Made by a program: the position numbers and the translations under genes. From the UHGV virus genome UHGV-0064883: a DNA stretch of 64,000 nucleotides. One strand, 5' to 3'. The stretch is from a virus. Below are positions 9,480 to 18,734 of the stretch, piece after piece. The notes below the pieces were generated by a model. It did no database searches. It was not told the origin of the DNA and worked only from the letters and a program-made list of their open reading frames with translations. The number at the start of each line of letters is the position of its first letter. Position 1 is the first letter of the stretch.

Positions 9480-9547
9480 CAAAGGCGTATCCGTCCCTGT
9501 ACATTACCCCTGTTTTGGAGCATTCCTGACAGGATGTTTCTAGGTTT

Positions 9548-9588
9548 CTCCCTTCCCTTGGCGCTCTAAGGGGAGGGAGTTTTTTTTG
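9548..9588 (+). terminator. Rho-independent terminator closing the sulfation operon
   Basis: Stem CTCCCTTCCC...GGGGAGGGAG followed by T8. Confidence 0.85.
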
Positions 9589-9615
9589 CGCTGATGTCCG
9601 TATCTTCCGCCCCAA

Positions 9616-9632
9616 TTTGCAATGATTGCAAA
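9616..9632. promoter_or_regulatory. 17-bp palindrome, centre-G variant TTTGCAATGATTGCAAA, followed by T7
   Basis: Read directly from the sequence. Confidence 0.8.
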
Positions 9633-9654
9633 TTTTTTTCGGCAATCCTGAATT

Positions 9655-9724
9655 TTTATCTTGCAATTTTTAAAAAGAAAGGTATGATGAAGGCATCAAA
9701 GGGAGGAAAAAGCGAATCTCCCTT
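9655..9724 (+). promoter_or_regulatory. Promoter-like box ATCTTGCAAT-N19-TATGATGA plus leader hairpin CATCAAAGGGAG-GAAAAAGCGAAT-CTCCCT
   Basis: Same cassette architecture as at 51501, 53611, 62631 and 63491. Confidence 0.55.
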
Positions 9725-9757
9725 TTAAAGAAAAAACTGAAACATACCTGCACTACA

Positions 9758-9928
9758 ATGGAAAAAAGCAATAAAAAGTATCGAGTAAAAAACGTTGCGG
9801 ATTCTTACGCCATTATGGACGCGTCCCAAAAGGTACTGGTCGTATTTTCCTCTGCCGCTCTGGGCAAGGATAAAGCCAAGGTTCTGGCGAAATCATACTG
9901 CGACATGCTGAACACTCTCCTGGATTAG
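9758..9928 (+). CDS. Small hypothetical protein (56 aa; below the ORF-track size cutoff)
   Basis: ATG ORF MEKSNKKYRVKNVADSYAIMDASQKVLVVFSSAALGKDKAKVLAKSYCDMLNTLLD directly behind the conserved promoter/leader cassette. Confidence 0.45.
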   Translation: MEKSNKKYRVKNVADSYAIMDASQKVLVVFSSAALGKDKAKVLAKSYCDMLNTLLD

Positions 9929-9981
9929 TAACGTGATTGCCTGCGGGGGCGCAGTAATAGGCGCCTCCGCTCTTCTCCACT

Positions 9982-9990
9982 CCCCCCCCC
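9982..9990. repeat. C9 homopolymer 7 nt upstream of the ATG at 9997
   Basis: tccccccccctaaaaaatg. Confidence 0.9.
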
Positions 9991-9996
9991 TAAAAA

Positions 9997-10638
9997 ATGA
10001 AACGTAAGCTTGGTCCGGTAGCGTTCATACTGGAAACGACACGCGCCTATCAACGGATAAGAAATACCATTTCCAGCCTATGTCTTGAGGGTACGCCCGT
10101 TTACCATAAGCGCAGTAAAAAAGGCTATTGCGTCCTTGCGGGTATTCCGCGGATAGGAGGAACATTCGACTTGCACCTGTACCGGTATGACACCGAGAAA
10201 AAAGGGGAAGAAGTTAAAAGTCTCTACAATATAACCCCGGAGCAATTTGACCTCTACGGCTACCAGTACGTGGAATTGACCTCTGCAAAATCTCCAACAA
10301 TAAGTTTTTCCAAGCTGCCTGTCCCCGGAAGGGAAGTGGACCCGGAAGGAAGGAGTAGATTTGCCTGCACCCGGCTTAAAGAATGGTCCAACCCGTGGTC
10401 AGAGTTCAAATGCTACCCCCAGGAAATCTGCTGGATGTATCTGGACGAGAGCAAAGACCCGGACGATGATACGGAGGTAAGTGTAGGCTATCCGTGGAAC
10501 GCTACTTCCAGGCATCCTCGCTACCCGTTCCAGAGGATGAAATGGTCCACTTTTGTCATACAGTACCGTATATTTTATGAATTTCACGGCCTCATAGACG
10601 GCCCGCATCCAACCTGTGAATACCCTGTAAACGAATGA
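9997..10638 (+). CDS. Hypothetical protein (213 aa)
   Basis: ORF. ATGA overlap with the next gene. Confidence 0.55.
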   Translation: MKRKLGPVAFILETTRAYQRIRNTISSLCLEGTPVYHKRSKKGYCVLAGIPRIGGTFDLHLYRYDTEKKGEEVKSLYNITPEQFDLYGYQYVELTSAKSPTISFSKLPVPGREVDPEGRSRFACTRLKEWSNPWSEFKCYPQEICWMYLDESKDPDDDTEVSVGYPWNATSRHPRYPFQRMKWSTFVIQYRIFYEFHGLIDGPHPTCEYPVNE

Positions 10639-11780
10639 AGACAACCACTGCAACGAAAGACTGCCTGACAATGGCAGCCAATAAACTGACGCAATCCACC
10701 ACTCCGACACTATCAGCTAAAGAGGCGAAAGCGCTGGCTAAGGCGGGAGTCGTCCCGGAATTAAAATGGGGCGGCGATTCGTTCATGTATTTCCCCGGCA
10801 TCGATATTGACCCGGTAAACCTCCTGATGCCGCTGACCGCCGTGAACCCGGTGACGGCTCCCGGAGTGGAACCCAGGTACTGGCTGATGGGTGTGACAGT
10901 ACACGGAGGCTACGCTATGGCCACCGACGCTTCCTCTGCCGCCGCCATTTTCACCGGGACCGACATTGCGGAGGGGATATACTACAATTCCGAACGGTCG
11001 CGCTACCTTGACGCCTGCCCTCTGAGCACCCATTCCACTGGCGAAAGCGGCGTTCAAATCCATACCATGCTGAAAACGCACCTGGATAACTCCGCAAGAG
11101 CTAAAAAAATCGTACACCGGCTTTCCATGCGGCATCTGGCCCAAATGAAACAGCTGGCAACCTACAGCTACCGGGAGGAATCGGAACCGGAAAAAGTGAA
11201 GTTCCCCCTTGTGAGCATCCTCGACAGATATTACGATTCCCGGAGGCTGGCCACCATAGCCGACATTATTGCGTACAGCATTCCCGCCCACTGCCTTAAT
11301 TCCGGAAAGTACCGCATTTTCATGACCGCCGCCGATTCCACGGCCAACATTCCGCTGACATTCAAAGTGTGGGACGACACCCCGGAAGGAAAGCCCAAGC
11401 TCTTGTGTGTGGCGGCCGTCATGCCGCTGCTGGAATCCGGCAGGAAAAAAGGGGCGGCAGACCATATCGCATGGACGTTCCGGGAAAACCCGGAAGACAC
11501 GGCAAATGCCGTGGACCTGCCGGAACGGGGCATGGGAACGCCTGTTGCGTACCCGGTCCCGAATGGAAACGGCGCAATCTGCGTACAGATTCCGGAAGGG
11601 GCCTTCCTACATGCGGCTCCGGGCCAGTCCTGCACAATGGTGTACATGACCAGACCGCAGGCGCAGCTTGCCCTTGCTGCCCTGTCTGCCGCCTTGCAGG
11701 ATAAGCCCGCCATTGTCAACGGGAAGGAAAACGGGGACAATCCGGCCCCGCCAGCCCGCACACGGGTATCCCGCCGATAA
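10635..11780 (+). CDS. Hypothetical protein (381 aa)
   Basis: ORF. No recognisable motifs and no Walker box. Confidence 0.55.
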   Translation: MKTTTATKDCLTMAANKLTQSTTPTLSAKEAKALAKAGVVPELKWGGDSFMYFPGIDIDPVNLLMPLTAVNPVTAPGVEPRYWLMGVTVHGGYAMATDASSAAAIFTGTDIAEGIYYNSERSRYLDACPLSTHSTGESGVQIHTMLKTHLDNSARAKKIVHRLSMRHLAQMKQLATYSYREESEPEKVKFPLVSILDRYYDSRRLATIADIIAYSIPAHCLNSGKYRIFMTAADSTANIPLTFKVWDDTPEGKPKLLCVAAVMPLLESGRKKGAADHIAWTFRENPEDTANAVDLPERGMGTPVAYPVPNGNGAICVQIPEGAFLHAAPGQSCTMVYMTRPQAQLALAALSAALQDKPAIVNGKENGDNPAPPARTRVSRR

Positions 11781-11814
11781 TTGACTGTACCCGGATAAAA
11801 AAACCTTTTTGAAA

Positions 11815-11831
11815 TTTGCAATCATTGCAAA
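11815..11831. promoter_or_regulatory. 17-bp palindrome TTTGCAATCATTGCAAA
   Basis: 35 nt after the stop at 11780. Confidence 0.8.
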
Positions 11832-11873
11832 TTTCGGAACCAACAACACCAACCATAGCAACTCAATATTAAC

Positions 11874-12269
11874 ATGATTACAAAAGACACCTGCCGAACG
11901 CTGGAAAGCCTGCTGGAAGCATTGCCTTCCTCCAAGGACCGCCGCCGGGCCAATGTGTGGTATCAATCCGCCCTGTCCGCCGCAGCCACCATCCACCGGG
12001 AATGCCCCTATCTGGCTGTGCAGATAGCCATCGAGGATAAAAGGCCCGTGTGCCACATCAATGTGCTTAGCCTGAAACCCATGAACGAAGGATTGGCCAG
12101 AGACACCAAAACCGTAACGGAAACGGTCGGCTATCTGCAGATTGACCTGACTTGCCGCTTCCAGGTGACGGACCGGGGGCTGGATGATGACGAAGACCCG
12201 GAAGACCAGTACAACCAGGCCGAAGAACTGCTTGATTTTACCACCGACATCATTAACACGTATGCCTAA
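11874..12269 (+). CDS. Hypothetical protein (131 aa)
   Basis: ORF. Confidence 0.5.
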   Translation: MITKDTCRTLESLLEALPSSKDRRRANVWYQSALSAAATIHRECPYLAVQIAIEDKRPVCHINVLSLKPMNEGLARDTKTVTETVGYLQIDLTCRFQVTDRGLDDDEDPEDQYNQAEELLDFTTDIINTYA

Positions 12270-12828
12270 AAATCACTATAAACCGGGTACAGCGGTACTA
12301 GTCCGGGGAATTGTCGTAGGAGAATATAACCCTGATGATGGTAATGCTTCCGTTTCCGTAAGGCTTAATACCCATATGGATTATGGGCGTAATATACTGT
12401 TTTCCCCGGATAAGCTGGAAAAGGTTAAACCTGCTTCCACCAGGAGATTCCGGAAAGGGGACAAGGTACGCCTTATTTACAGAGGCCGAAAGGCCCCGGA
12501 AGGGTTGCGGTATGATAAAATCTACACTGTGACGGAGAATGAAACCGCATATGGCCTGTGCCGCCTTACTGATGGCGTTGCAAATTATTCCTGCCTGGAA
12601 TTAGTTGAAGCAGCTGAAGAATCCTACGACATTCCTTTCCATGAGGCGGTGCGCCTGATGGGCGAAGGAAAAATACTGGAACGGATACGCAATGGTAGTA
12701 CTCTTCAATACCGGCTGGTTGACGGGAATCCCCAATTTTCAAATGCCGACGTAGATGGAACCCCAGAATGGAGGTCCATAATATTTTGGGGAGACGACAT
12801 CAACGCCAAATGGAAAATTGTCGAATAA
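12262..12828 (+). CDS. Hypothetical protein (188 aa from the ATG at 12262)
   Basis: ORF. Its start overlaps the previous stop. Confidence 0.5.
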   Translation: MPKNHYKPGTAVLVRGIVVGEYNPDDGNASVSVRLNTHMDYGRNILFSPDKLEKVKPASTRRFRKGDKVRLIYRGRKAPEGLRYDKIYTVTENETAYGLCRLTDGVANYSCLELVEAAEESYDIPFHEAVRLMGEGKILERIRNGSTLQYRLVDGNPQFSNADVDGTPEWRSIIFWGDDINAKWKIVE

Positions 12829-12839
12829 CCCTGAATACA

Positions 12840-13190
12840 ATGGATAAAGAAAATTGCAAACTGGAAACAAAGATGCCTGCCGCTAATTCAGCCCCGGAAC
12901 GCCCCACACGGTATTTGCGCCCTATCGGGGACAAAGTGCTTGTCCGGCTGAAAGAGCGTGAATCCCGCATAGGCTCTATCATTATCCCCGATTCCGCCCA
13001 AAAGGAAAATTGCTGGGGGGAAATCGTGGCTCTGGGGACTGCCGTTGACGCGGATATCTGCCACCTGGACCTGCACGACGTTGTCTATATCAGCCCCGCG
13101 CAGGGCACTTATCTTGTTTCCGGACAAAAGGACTTGATTCTTATCGAAGCCGGGCGCATTATGGCCAAGCTGCTTCCTGACGAGGATTAA
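12840..13190 (+). CDS. groES: Co-chaperonin GroES/Hsp10 homologue (phage-encoded)
   Basis: LRPIGDKVLVRLKERESRIGSIIIPDSAQKENCWGEIVALGTAV...DVVYISPAQGTYLVSGQKDLILIEAGRIMAKL follows the GroES pattern LrPLgDRVLVk..e.e.ktaGGI.lPdsAkEKp..GeVvAvG... Confidence 0.8.
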   Translation: MDKENCKLETKMPAANSAPERPTRYLRPIGDKVLVRLKERESRIGSIIIPDSAQKENCWGEIVALGTAVDADICHLDLHDVVYISPAQGTYLVSGQKDLILIEAGRIMAKLLPDED

Positions 13191-13218
13191 AAAGCGGGTC
13201 TTAAGAAGAACAACAATA

Positions 13219-13266
13219 GGCCGTCCGTGGTTAAGTCTGTTTGACTAGTCACGGGCGGTCTTTTAT
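13219..13266 (+). terminator. Possible terminator hairpin after groES
   Basis: CCGTCCGTG..20-nt loop..CACGGGCGG (one mismatch), then TCTTTT. Confidence 0.35.
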
Positions 13267-13294
13267 ATTGGAGGCCGCATATAACCTCCGCAAC

Positions 13295-14311
13295 ATGACC
13301 AATACCGCCAGCGCCCCCAAGATTGCCGCCCTGATGTCGTCCTACAAGCGCCCGAACGACCTTGTGAAACAGATTCTGGCCCTGCTCCACCAGACCTACG
13401 ACTGCCATATTTTCGTTGCCGTGAAGGGCCTGTCCGAACGGGACATAGACACCTGCATCCGCCCGCTTTTCGCCAAAGAGATTGAGGCCGGAAAGCTCCA
13501 TCTGGCGTACTACTCTAATAAAAGCCAGTTCAACAACATTCTTGACTGCTACCGGGGCTTTGACATCGAGCAGTTTGACTTGTACTGCAAAATTGACGAC
13601 GACGACATCTATTTTCCGACTTACCTTGAGGACGTAGCCAAGGCCGCCGTCAGCACCAGAAAGACGAACGGGGACTACTGCGGTTCCTGGTTTTCCGGGG
13701 GCCAGTGCCTGATTGCCCAAAAGTCGAACCAGAACGGAGTATTCTTTGACCGGGTTCCGGCAAACAATTTCAACATGTTTGGAAATACCCTCTGCATGTC
13801 GCGGGAGGATATGCGGCAACTTTACGCTATTGAGGCTGACCCGTCCCTGCTCACCCCGGAACGCTACCCGTTCATGAATTCGTGGCATGTGGTGCTGGCC
13901 GGATTTGTCGAAGATGCGCTGATTTACCGCATCATCCAGGCTAACGGGGGCGTCAACCGCTATGACGTGCTGGCGGCAGGCAATCCGGATTCCTCCGTGC
14001 GTCCGCAGCTCATCACTACCGGCTACGGTTCGAGCGTCACCAGAGGCGGCCTGTACCAAAACGAGTTCTATCAGAAAAACGCCCGCCTCGGACAATTGGA
14101 ACAGGAATGGACCGTGTGCCTGTATCATCCGGACTGGGGCGGCAGGAACTACAGGACATTCCGCCTGTTCAACGGCAGGGCCACCGATTTGCACAACATT
14201 GACCATGCCGGTTATAAGGAATTTGACGGCAATACGCTGGTGCTCAAATGGGACAAATGGGGCACGGAAACTTTCGTCAAAAACTCCGAAGGCGTTTACT
14301 GTTTGAAATAG
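13295..14311 (+). CDS. Putative GT-A fold (GT2-like) glycosyltransferase (338 aa)
   Basis: N-terminal SSYKRPNDL...QTYD resembles the GT2 (P)TYNR...Q(T/S) motif. A DDDD (DXD-like) run follows about 90 aa later. Weak assignment. Confidence 0.45.
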   Translation: MTNTASAPKIAALMSSYKRPNDLVKQILALLHQTYDCHIFVAVKGLSERDIDTCIRPLFAKEIEAGKLHLAYYSNKSQFNNILDCYRGFDIEQFDLYCKIDDDDIYFPTYLEDVAKAAVSTRKTNGDYCGSWFSGGQCLIAQKSNQNGVFFDRVPANNFNMFGNTLCMSREDMRQLYAIEADPSLLTPERYPFMNSWHVVLAGFVEDALIYRIIQANGGVNRYDVLAAGNPDSSVRPQLITTGYGSSVTRGGLYQNEFYQKNARLGQLEQEWTVCLYHPDWGGRNYRTFRLFNGRATDLHNIDHAGYKEFDGNTLVLKWDKWGTETFVKNSEGVYCLK

Positions 14312-14392
14312 AATGGAGACGCAAACCATTGTTTTTCTTGTCCGGCCTGTCTCCGGCAGTATAGTCAAGCGTAAGAACAGCTTTATTTTTTC

Positions 14393-15781
14393 ATGAGATT
14401 TCTTCCCTCTCTTTTTAGGCGGAAAGGCCACGAACAGCGATTGTCCGTAGCATGGAACAGTCTGGATTCCCGCCAACGGTCGGTCCTCATGGAACTCGCG
14501 TCCTATCTCGGCAACGGCATTGACGGGGACCGGACAAACCTCCGGTATATTGACCTGGTGAACCATGTCCGGGTTGACCCTCTGGACAGCTATGAAAAGT
14601 ACATCAAAACAGGGACCGGCCAGGTATGGGCGACGTTTGTAGCCTGCAATCTGGTGGCTAATGTTTTGGTGTCAACTACGTTCCAGGTTGTCAAATCCGG
14701 CTCCGATACGCCCCTTGACAGCACACGCCACCCGCTGGCAAAGCTAATCGCGCAGCCGAATGAGTGGGACTCGTGGGAGGACTTAATCTATCAGTGGGTG
14801 TTCCACATCAAACTGACCGGCAACGCGTACTGGTTAAAAAACCAGGTCAACGGATACGGGCAGCCCCTGGAACTGATTCCCCTGCTTCCGCAGTACGTCA
14901 AAATCATTCCTGACCAGACTTCCAGAATCAAGGAATACCAATACCAGGTCAATGGCCTGTGCATTACATACGCCCCGGAAGAAATTATCCATTTCCGGAG
15001 GCCCCACCCCAATTCCTTCATCCTTGGTCTGGGAGATATTGAGCCGTCAAAGTCATTGTATGAATCCTTTATTACCGGGGACGAGCTTCAAAAGCGGGTG
15101 TACTCCAATGGGGCCGTCATCAGCGGCGTATTGAGCAATGATTCCGATTTGCTCTCACAGGAGGAATTTGACCATGCCGTGGAGAGCTTCCGCTCCAAAT
15201 ACGAGGGGAAGAAAAACGCGGGAAAAACGGCGTTCCTTTCCGGCAAATGGAACTATACCCGGCTCGGAATGACCAACAGCGAGCTTCAAAGCCTTGAGCG
15301 GGACAAAACCAGCGTTGAGCAGATATTCATCAATCACGGGGTTCCCCTTTCCGTTGCGGGCATCAAGGACGCGGCCAACTACGCCACATCCAAGCAGGAC
15401 GCTATCGCGTTCCGGAAACAGGCATGCCTTCCGCTGGCCGATATTCTTGTAGGCAAATTGAACTCGGAAAAAGGGCTGACACCCGCCTACCGGGATAAAA
15501 CCCTGAAAATCGACTATAACATGTCTGGCCTCGTGGACATTGAGCAGATGGTGAAGGAAAACCAGCCGTTGCTGGAATCCGGGGCGCTTACTCCGAACGA
15601 ACTCCGGGAAAAGTGCGGCCTGTCCAGAGTTGACGACCCTTATCTTGACCAGTATTTCATCAAGTCGAATCTGGTTCCTATGGAGCTGTCCGGGATGGGC
15701 ATGGGAGAGTCGCTGGAAGAAAGCGCCCGAACGGTCGTGACCGGATTCGCCAAATCCCGTTGCGGCGGCCACCCGCATTGA
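14393..15781 (+). CDS. Portal protein (HK97/SPP1-like; assigned by position and overall composition)
   Basis: 462-aa ORF immediately upstream of the head-morphogenesis gene. Size and position are typical of portal proteins. No motif was computed. Confidence 0.55.
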   Translation: MRFLPSLFRRKGHEQRLSVAWNSLDSRQRSVLMELASYLGNGIDGDRTNLRYIDLVNHVRVDPLDSYEKYIKTGTGQVWATFVACNLVANVLVSTTFQVVKSGSDTPLDSTRHPLAKLIAQPNEWDSWEDLIYQWVFHIKLTGNAYWLKNQVNGYGQPLELIPLLPQYVKIIPDQTSRIKEYQYQVNGLCITYAPEEIIHFRRPHPNSFILGLGDIEPSKSLYESFITGDELQKRVYSNGAVISGVLSNDSDLLSQEEFDHAVESFRSKYEGKKNAGKTAFLSGKWNYTRLGMTNSELQSLERDKTSVEQIFINHGVPLSVAGIKDAANYATSKQDAIAFRKQACLPLADILVGKLNSEKGLTPAYRDKTLKIDYNMSGLVDIEQMVKENQPLLESGALTPNELREKCGLSRVDDPYLDQYFIKSNLVPMELSGMGMGESLEESARTVVTGFAKSRCGGHPH

Positions 15782-15798
15782 ACGCGCGTCGTGAACTT

Positions 15799-16443
15799 AT
15801 GGATTGGGAAACGACAATAAAAACCCTGCGGATGGCCGTGGACTGCATTGGCCCCACCATCACCGCCCTTGGGGCCATTGCCCTTTTTTTCAAACGGGTG
15901 CGGAAATACCTTTATCTGGTATTCGTCCACAAGCCGGAAACGGATAAAAAACTTTACGCTAAAGTGGATGAAATCCTGAACCGGATAGGAAAGATTGAAT
16001 CCGAACTCCGCCTCAATGACGACTCTACCGTCAAAGATGCCGTTGCCCGGCTAGAAGCCTACAGGCGTTATTCCGCGACCAACTCCATGTCCCTAATTTT
16101 CGAGCTGGATAAAACCGGAAATATTGTGCTGGTCACGGACGCTTTATGCCAGCTGGTGGAAACGGTCAGGGCCGAAGACCTGAAAGGGCAGAACTGGCGG
16201 CAATTTGTTTACATTGAAGATGAACCCAGAGTGACGGCCAACCTGTGCACCGCCGTGAAAACAGGCTCGTCCACCCGGACGAAAGTCCGTATCATCAACA
16301 GCAACAACATATCCAGAGGCGACTGGTATGTCCGGCTTAATGCCGTTACCCGGCCTGACAATTCCGTCATCATGTATATCGGGCTTTTGTACCCGGCTGA
16401 CGAACTGGCCACCAGCATCTACACGGAAAACAACTGGAAATAG
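15799..16443 (+). CDS. Hypothetical protein with an N-terminal TM segment (214 aa)
   Basis: IGPTITALGAIALFF is hydrophobic. ORF. Confidence 0.45.
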   Translation: MDWETTIKTLRMAVDCIGPTITALGAIALFFKRVRKYLYLVFVHKPETDKKLYAKVDEILNRIGKIESELRLNDDSTVKDAVARLEAYRRYSATNSMSLIFELDKTGNIVLVTDALCQLVETVRAEDLKGQNWRQFVYIEDEPRVTANLCTAVKTGSSTRTKVRIINSNNISRGDWYVRLNAVTRPDNSVIMYIGLLYPADELATSIYTENNWK

Positions 16444-16466
16444 CGTTTTTTCCGTGGTATTGAAAA

Positions 16467-16483
16467 TTTGCAATCATTGCAAA
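16467..16483. promoter_or_regulatory. 17-bp palindrome TTTGCAATCATTGCAAA
   Basis: Between the stop at 16443 and the start at 16494. Confidence 0.8.
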
Positions 16484-16493
16484 AATACCCGCC

Positions 16494-18734
16494 ATGCCGC
16501 CCATACGCACCGCAACGTTCAGAAAAGCTTCCCCGGCCCTGCTTTTTAAATCCTACCGGCAATCCAAGGTTCCGGAAGGCGGCTGGACGCAGGAAAGCTT
16601 TTACACGGAAAACGGCGTTCGGCTGGTGCAGGACTGGGTGAAAATGAACCGCTCTGCGACGACAAAAAACGCGAGAATGCTTGCCCGGACGCTGAAAGCC
16701 CTGATTGAAAAAATACTCTACGAGATTGCCGACCGCATGGAAGGCATTGCGGAGTTGTCCGAAAAGAAGCGCCCGCACACGTACCAGCGAAAAACTACCG
16801 TGTTGTCCGGAGTATGGAGCAATATCATCAATGAGGTCCTGCACGATTTTTCCGGTGACGTGCAAGAGGCCGTTCAGCCCTACATGCAAAGCACGGCTGA
16901 TGACGTTGTGGACAAGGGGCGGCAACTGCTTGGGTCAACTGTGAACAGGACGGACACCACAACAATCAACAATTCCGTGCGTCAGGCCGCCAGGGAGATA
17001 ACCAGCGTGCCGAACACCATCCGGGACCGGATTAACCGCATCATCCAGCGTGAGTATGACAAGGGGTCCTCGGTGTTCGACACGATTGCCGCCGTGCGCC
17101 GACAAACCCCCTCATTGGCCGCTGGCCGCATTGCCACAATCGTCCGTACCGAACTTGGACGGGCTGCGGACATTGCCAACATCCAGGCGGCTATGGAAGG
17201 GACCTGCACGCACATGTCGGTTATCGGGTGCGAAACCATTGAACGCACCTACACCTACCGTGGCTTGCCGACATGCAACATTCAAAACGTTCCCATCAAC
17301 GAATGCATGAACGTCCGGTTCCATCCGAACCATACCGGGTGCTGGGTTCCTTCGGCATTCAGACAGTCGGACGGTTCAATCCCGGAACTGGACCCCCGCA
17401 GCAATTCCGGCCACGGGACTTTTGAGGAACAGCGGGAAAACCCGGAAGGGAACAGCGCCCCGTTCCTGAATCCAAGACCGGCCCCCGGCCCGGAAATGGA
17501 AAACCCGGTAACATTGGCCCCCACGCCGGAACCGCCTCCGGCCCCTATAGACATTCTTCCCCAGGGGTCATTGTCGCCAGTGCTGCCGACCACTCCGGAA
17601 AACTGCGGGGCGCCGGTTATCGGAAGACCGCTTCCGTCTGGGAAGCCGCCTAAAAATGTGCTTGATTTTGACATGCTTCCGGCGACCTACCAGGACACGG
17701 AAGAAGTGCGCAATGCCGTCAAGGTGATTCGCAATCACGCCAGTTCCGCGACAAGGTTTAACGCGAATGATGAGGACATTTACAACTTTTTCCGAACGGT
17801 CGGAGTTCTCCCGGATGCTATGGAATCCCTCTTGTTGCAGGACATCCCCATCAATCTGGCGGACACCACCGAACTGGTCATCCGCGCAGGGCGAACCTTT
17901 GACTGCATTGGAAGCGTAGGCGGAAAGCAGTCATTTTTGTACCGGCGCACCATATGCGTGGATGAACAGGGCAAATTGTACATCCACCACAACAGCTTTG
18001 AATTGTGGGCGCAATATCAGGGGAACGGGTACGCGAGAAAATTGCTGCAAAACCAGATTAACTTTTACGACGCTATCGGGGCCGAATATATCACACTGGC
18101 GGCCAACATTGACGTTGGAGCCTACGCGTGGGCCAGATACGGATTTTACCTGACTGACAGCGGCGCGGAAATGCTGACAAGGCAGCTGAAACGGAACTGG
18201 AACAGGATAATCACCAAAGACCTTGCCCCGGCCAACCCGTCAGACCGGGAAGCGTTCGATGCGTCGGTAGTCCGGCTGGAACGGATTGTAAACAAAGACC
18301 CGATGGACTCCAAGGACCTTTGGGCCATTGCGTCCGAACAGGTCAAAGTGCGTACCCCCGGAGGCCAGGAACGGAAACTGGGCTATCATGTGCTGACCGG
18401 AACCTTCTACGATGCCCAGCTGGATTTGAACAATCCGGAACAGTACGCGCGGCTGGTGTCGTACATCAGCCACAATCCTACGATTACCAAGGGGCGGGAG
18501 CTGTACTCCCTTGTTGACGGGCATCAGCAGGATGCCATGCTTCATGCGGAGTTCCTTTCCAGCGTATGGGGGAATTTCCGTGCCGACTTTGCCGGAGTGG
18601 AACAGGCCATACGTTCCGGATGCCCGGAAGATGAGGCGTTGTGGCTTTATGCGTCCCCGGAATCCGTGGCGCTCATGGCCCCGCAACTGCCGCAGGAATT
18701 GTACACCCGCTATCTGGCCCTTCTAAACCGATGA
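16494..18734 (+). CDS. Head morphogenesis protein (Mu F / SPP1 gp7 family) with a roughly 400-aa C-terminal extension
   Basis: RIATIVRTELGRAADIANIQAAMEGTCTHMSVIGCETIERTYTYRGLPTCNIQNVPINECMNVRFHPNHTGCWVP is the classic Phage_Mu_F signature. The C-terminal part contains QYQGNGYARKLL...AEYITLAA, which resembles GNAT motif A. Confidence 0.75.
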   Translation: MPPIRTATFRKASPALLFKSYRQSKVPEGGWTQESFYTENGVRLVQDWVKMNRSATTKNARMLARTLKALIEKILYEIADRMEGIAELSEKKRPHTYQRKTTVLSGVWSNIINEVLHDFSGDVQEAVQPYMQSTADDVVDKGRQLLGSTVNRTDTTTINNSVRQAAREITSVPNTIRDRINRIIQREYDKGSSVFDTIAAVRRQTPSLAAGRIATIVRTELGRAADIANIQAAMEGTCTHMSVIGCETIERTYTYRGLPTCNIQNVPINECMNVRFHPNHTGCWVPSAFRQSDGSIPELDPRSNSGHGTFEEQRENPEGNSAPFLNPRPAPGPEMENPVTLAPTPEPPPAPIDILPQGSLSPVLPTTPENCGAPVIGRPLPSGKPPKNVLDFDMLPATYQDTEEVRNAVKVIRNHASSATRFNANDEDIYNFFRTVGVLPDAMESLLLQDIPINLADTTELVIRAGRTFDCIGSVGGKQSFLYRRTICVDEQGKLYIHHNSFELWAQYQGNGYARKLLQNQINFYDAIGAEYITLAANIDVGAYAWARYGFYLTDSGAEMLTRQLKRNWNRIITKDLAPANPSDREAFDASVVRLERIVNKDPMDSKDLWAIASEQVKVRTPGGQERKLGYHVLTGTFYDAQLDLNNPEQYARLVSYISHNPTITKGRELYSLVDGHQQDAMLHAEFLSSVWGNFRADFAGVEQAIRSGCPEDEALWLYASPESVALMAPQLPQELYTRYLALLNR

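Noticed and set aside
13187-14566. Long minus-strand ORFs antisense to well-supported plus-strand genes: 13187..14566, 24103..25443, 42219..43883, 19622..20461, 30697..31674, 38690..39472, 22710..23114 and others
   Set aside because: They mirror motif-bearing genes (glycosyltransferase, capsid, AAA+, TMP, GT25). They have low-complexity or Arg/Gly-rich translations. They are what GC-rich antisense frames produce by chance.
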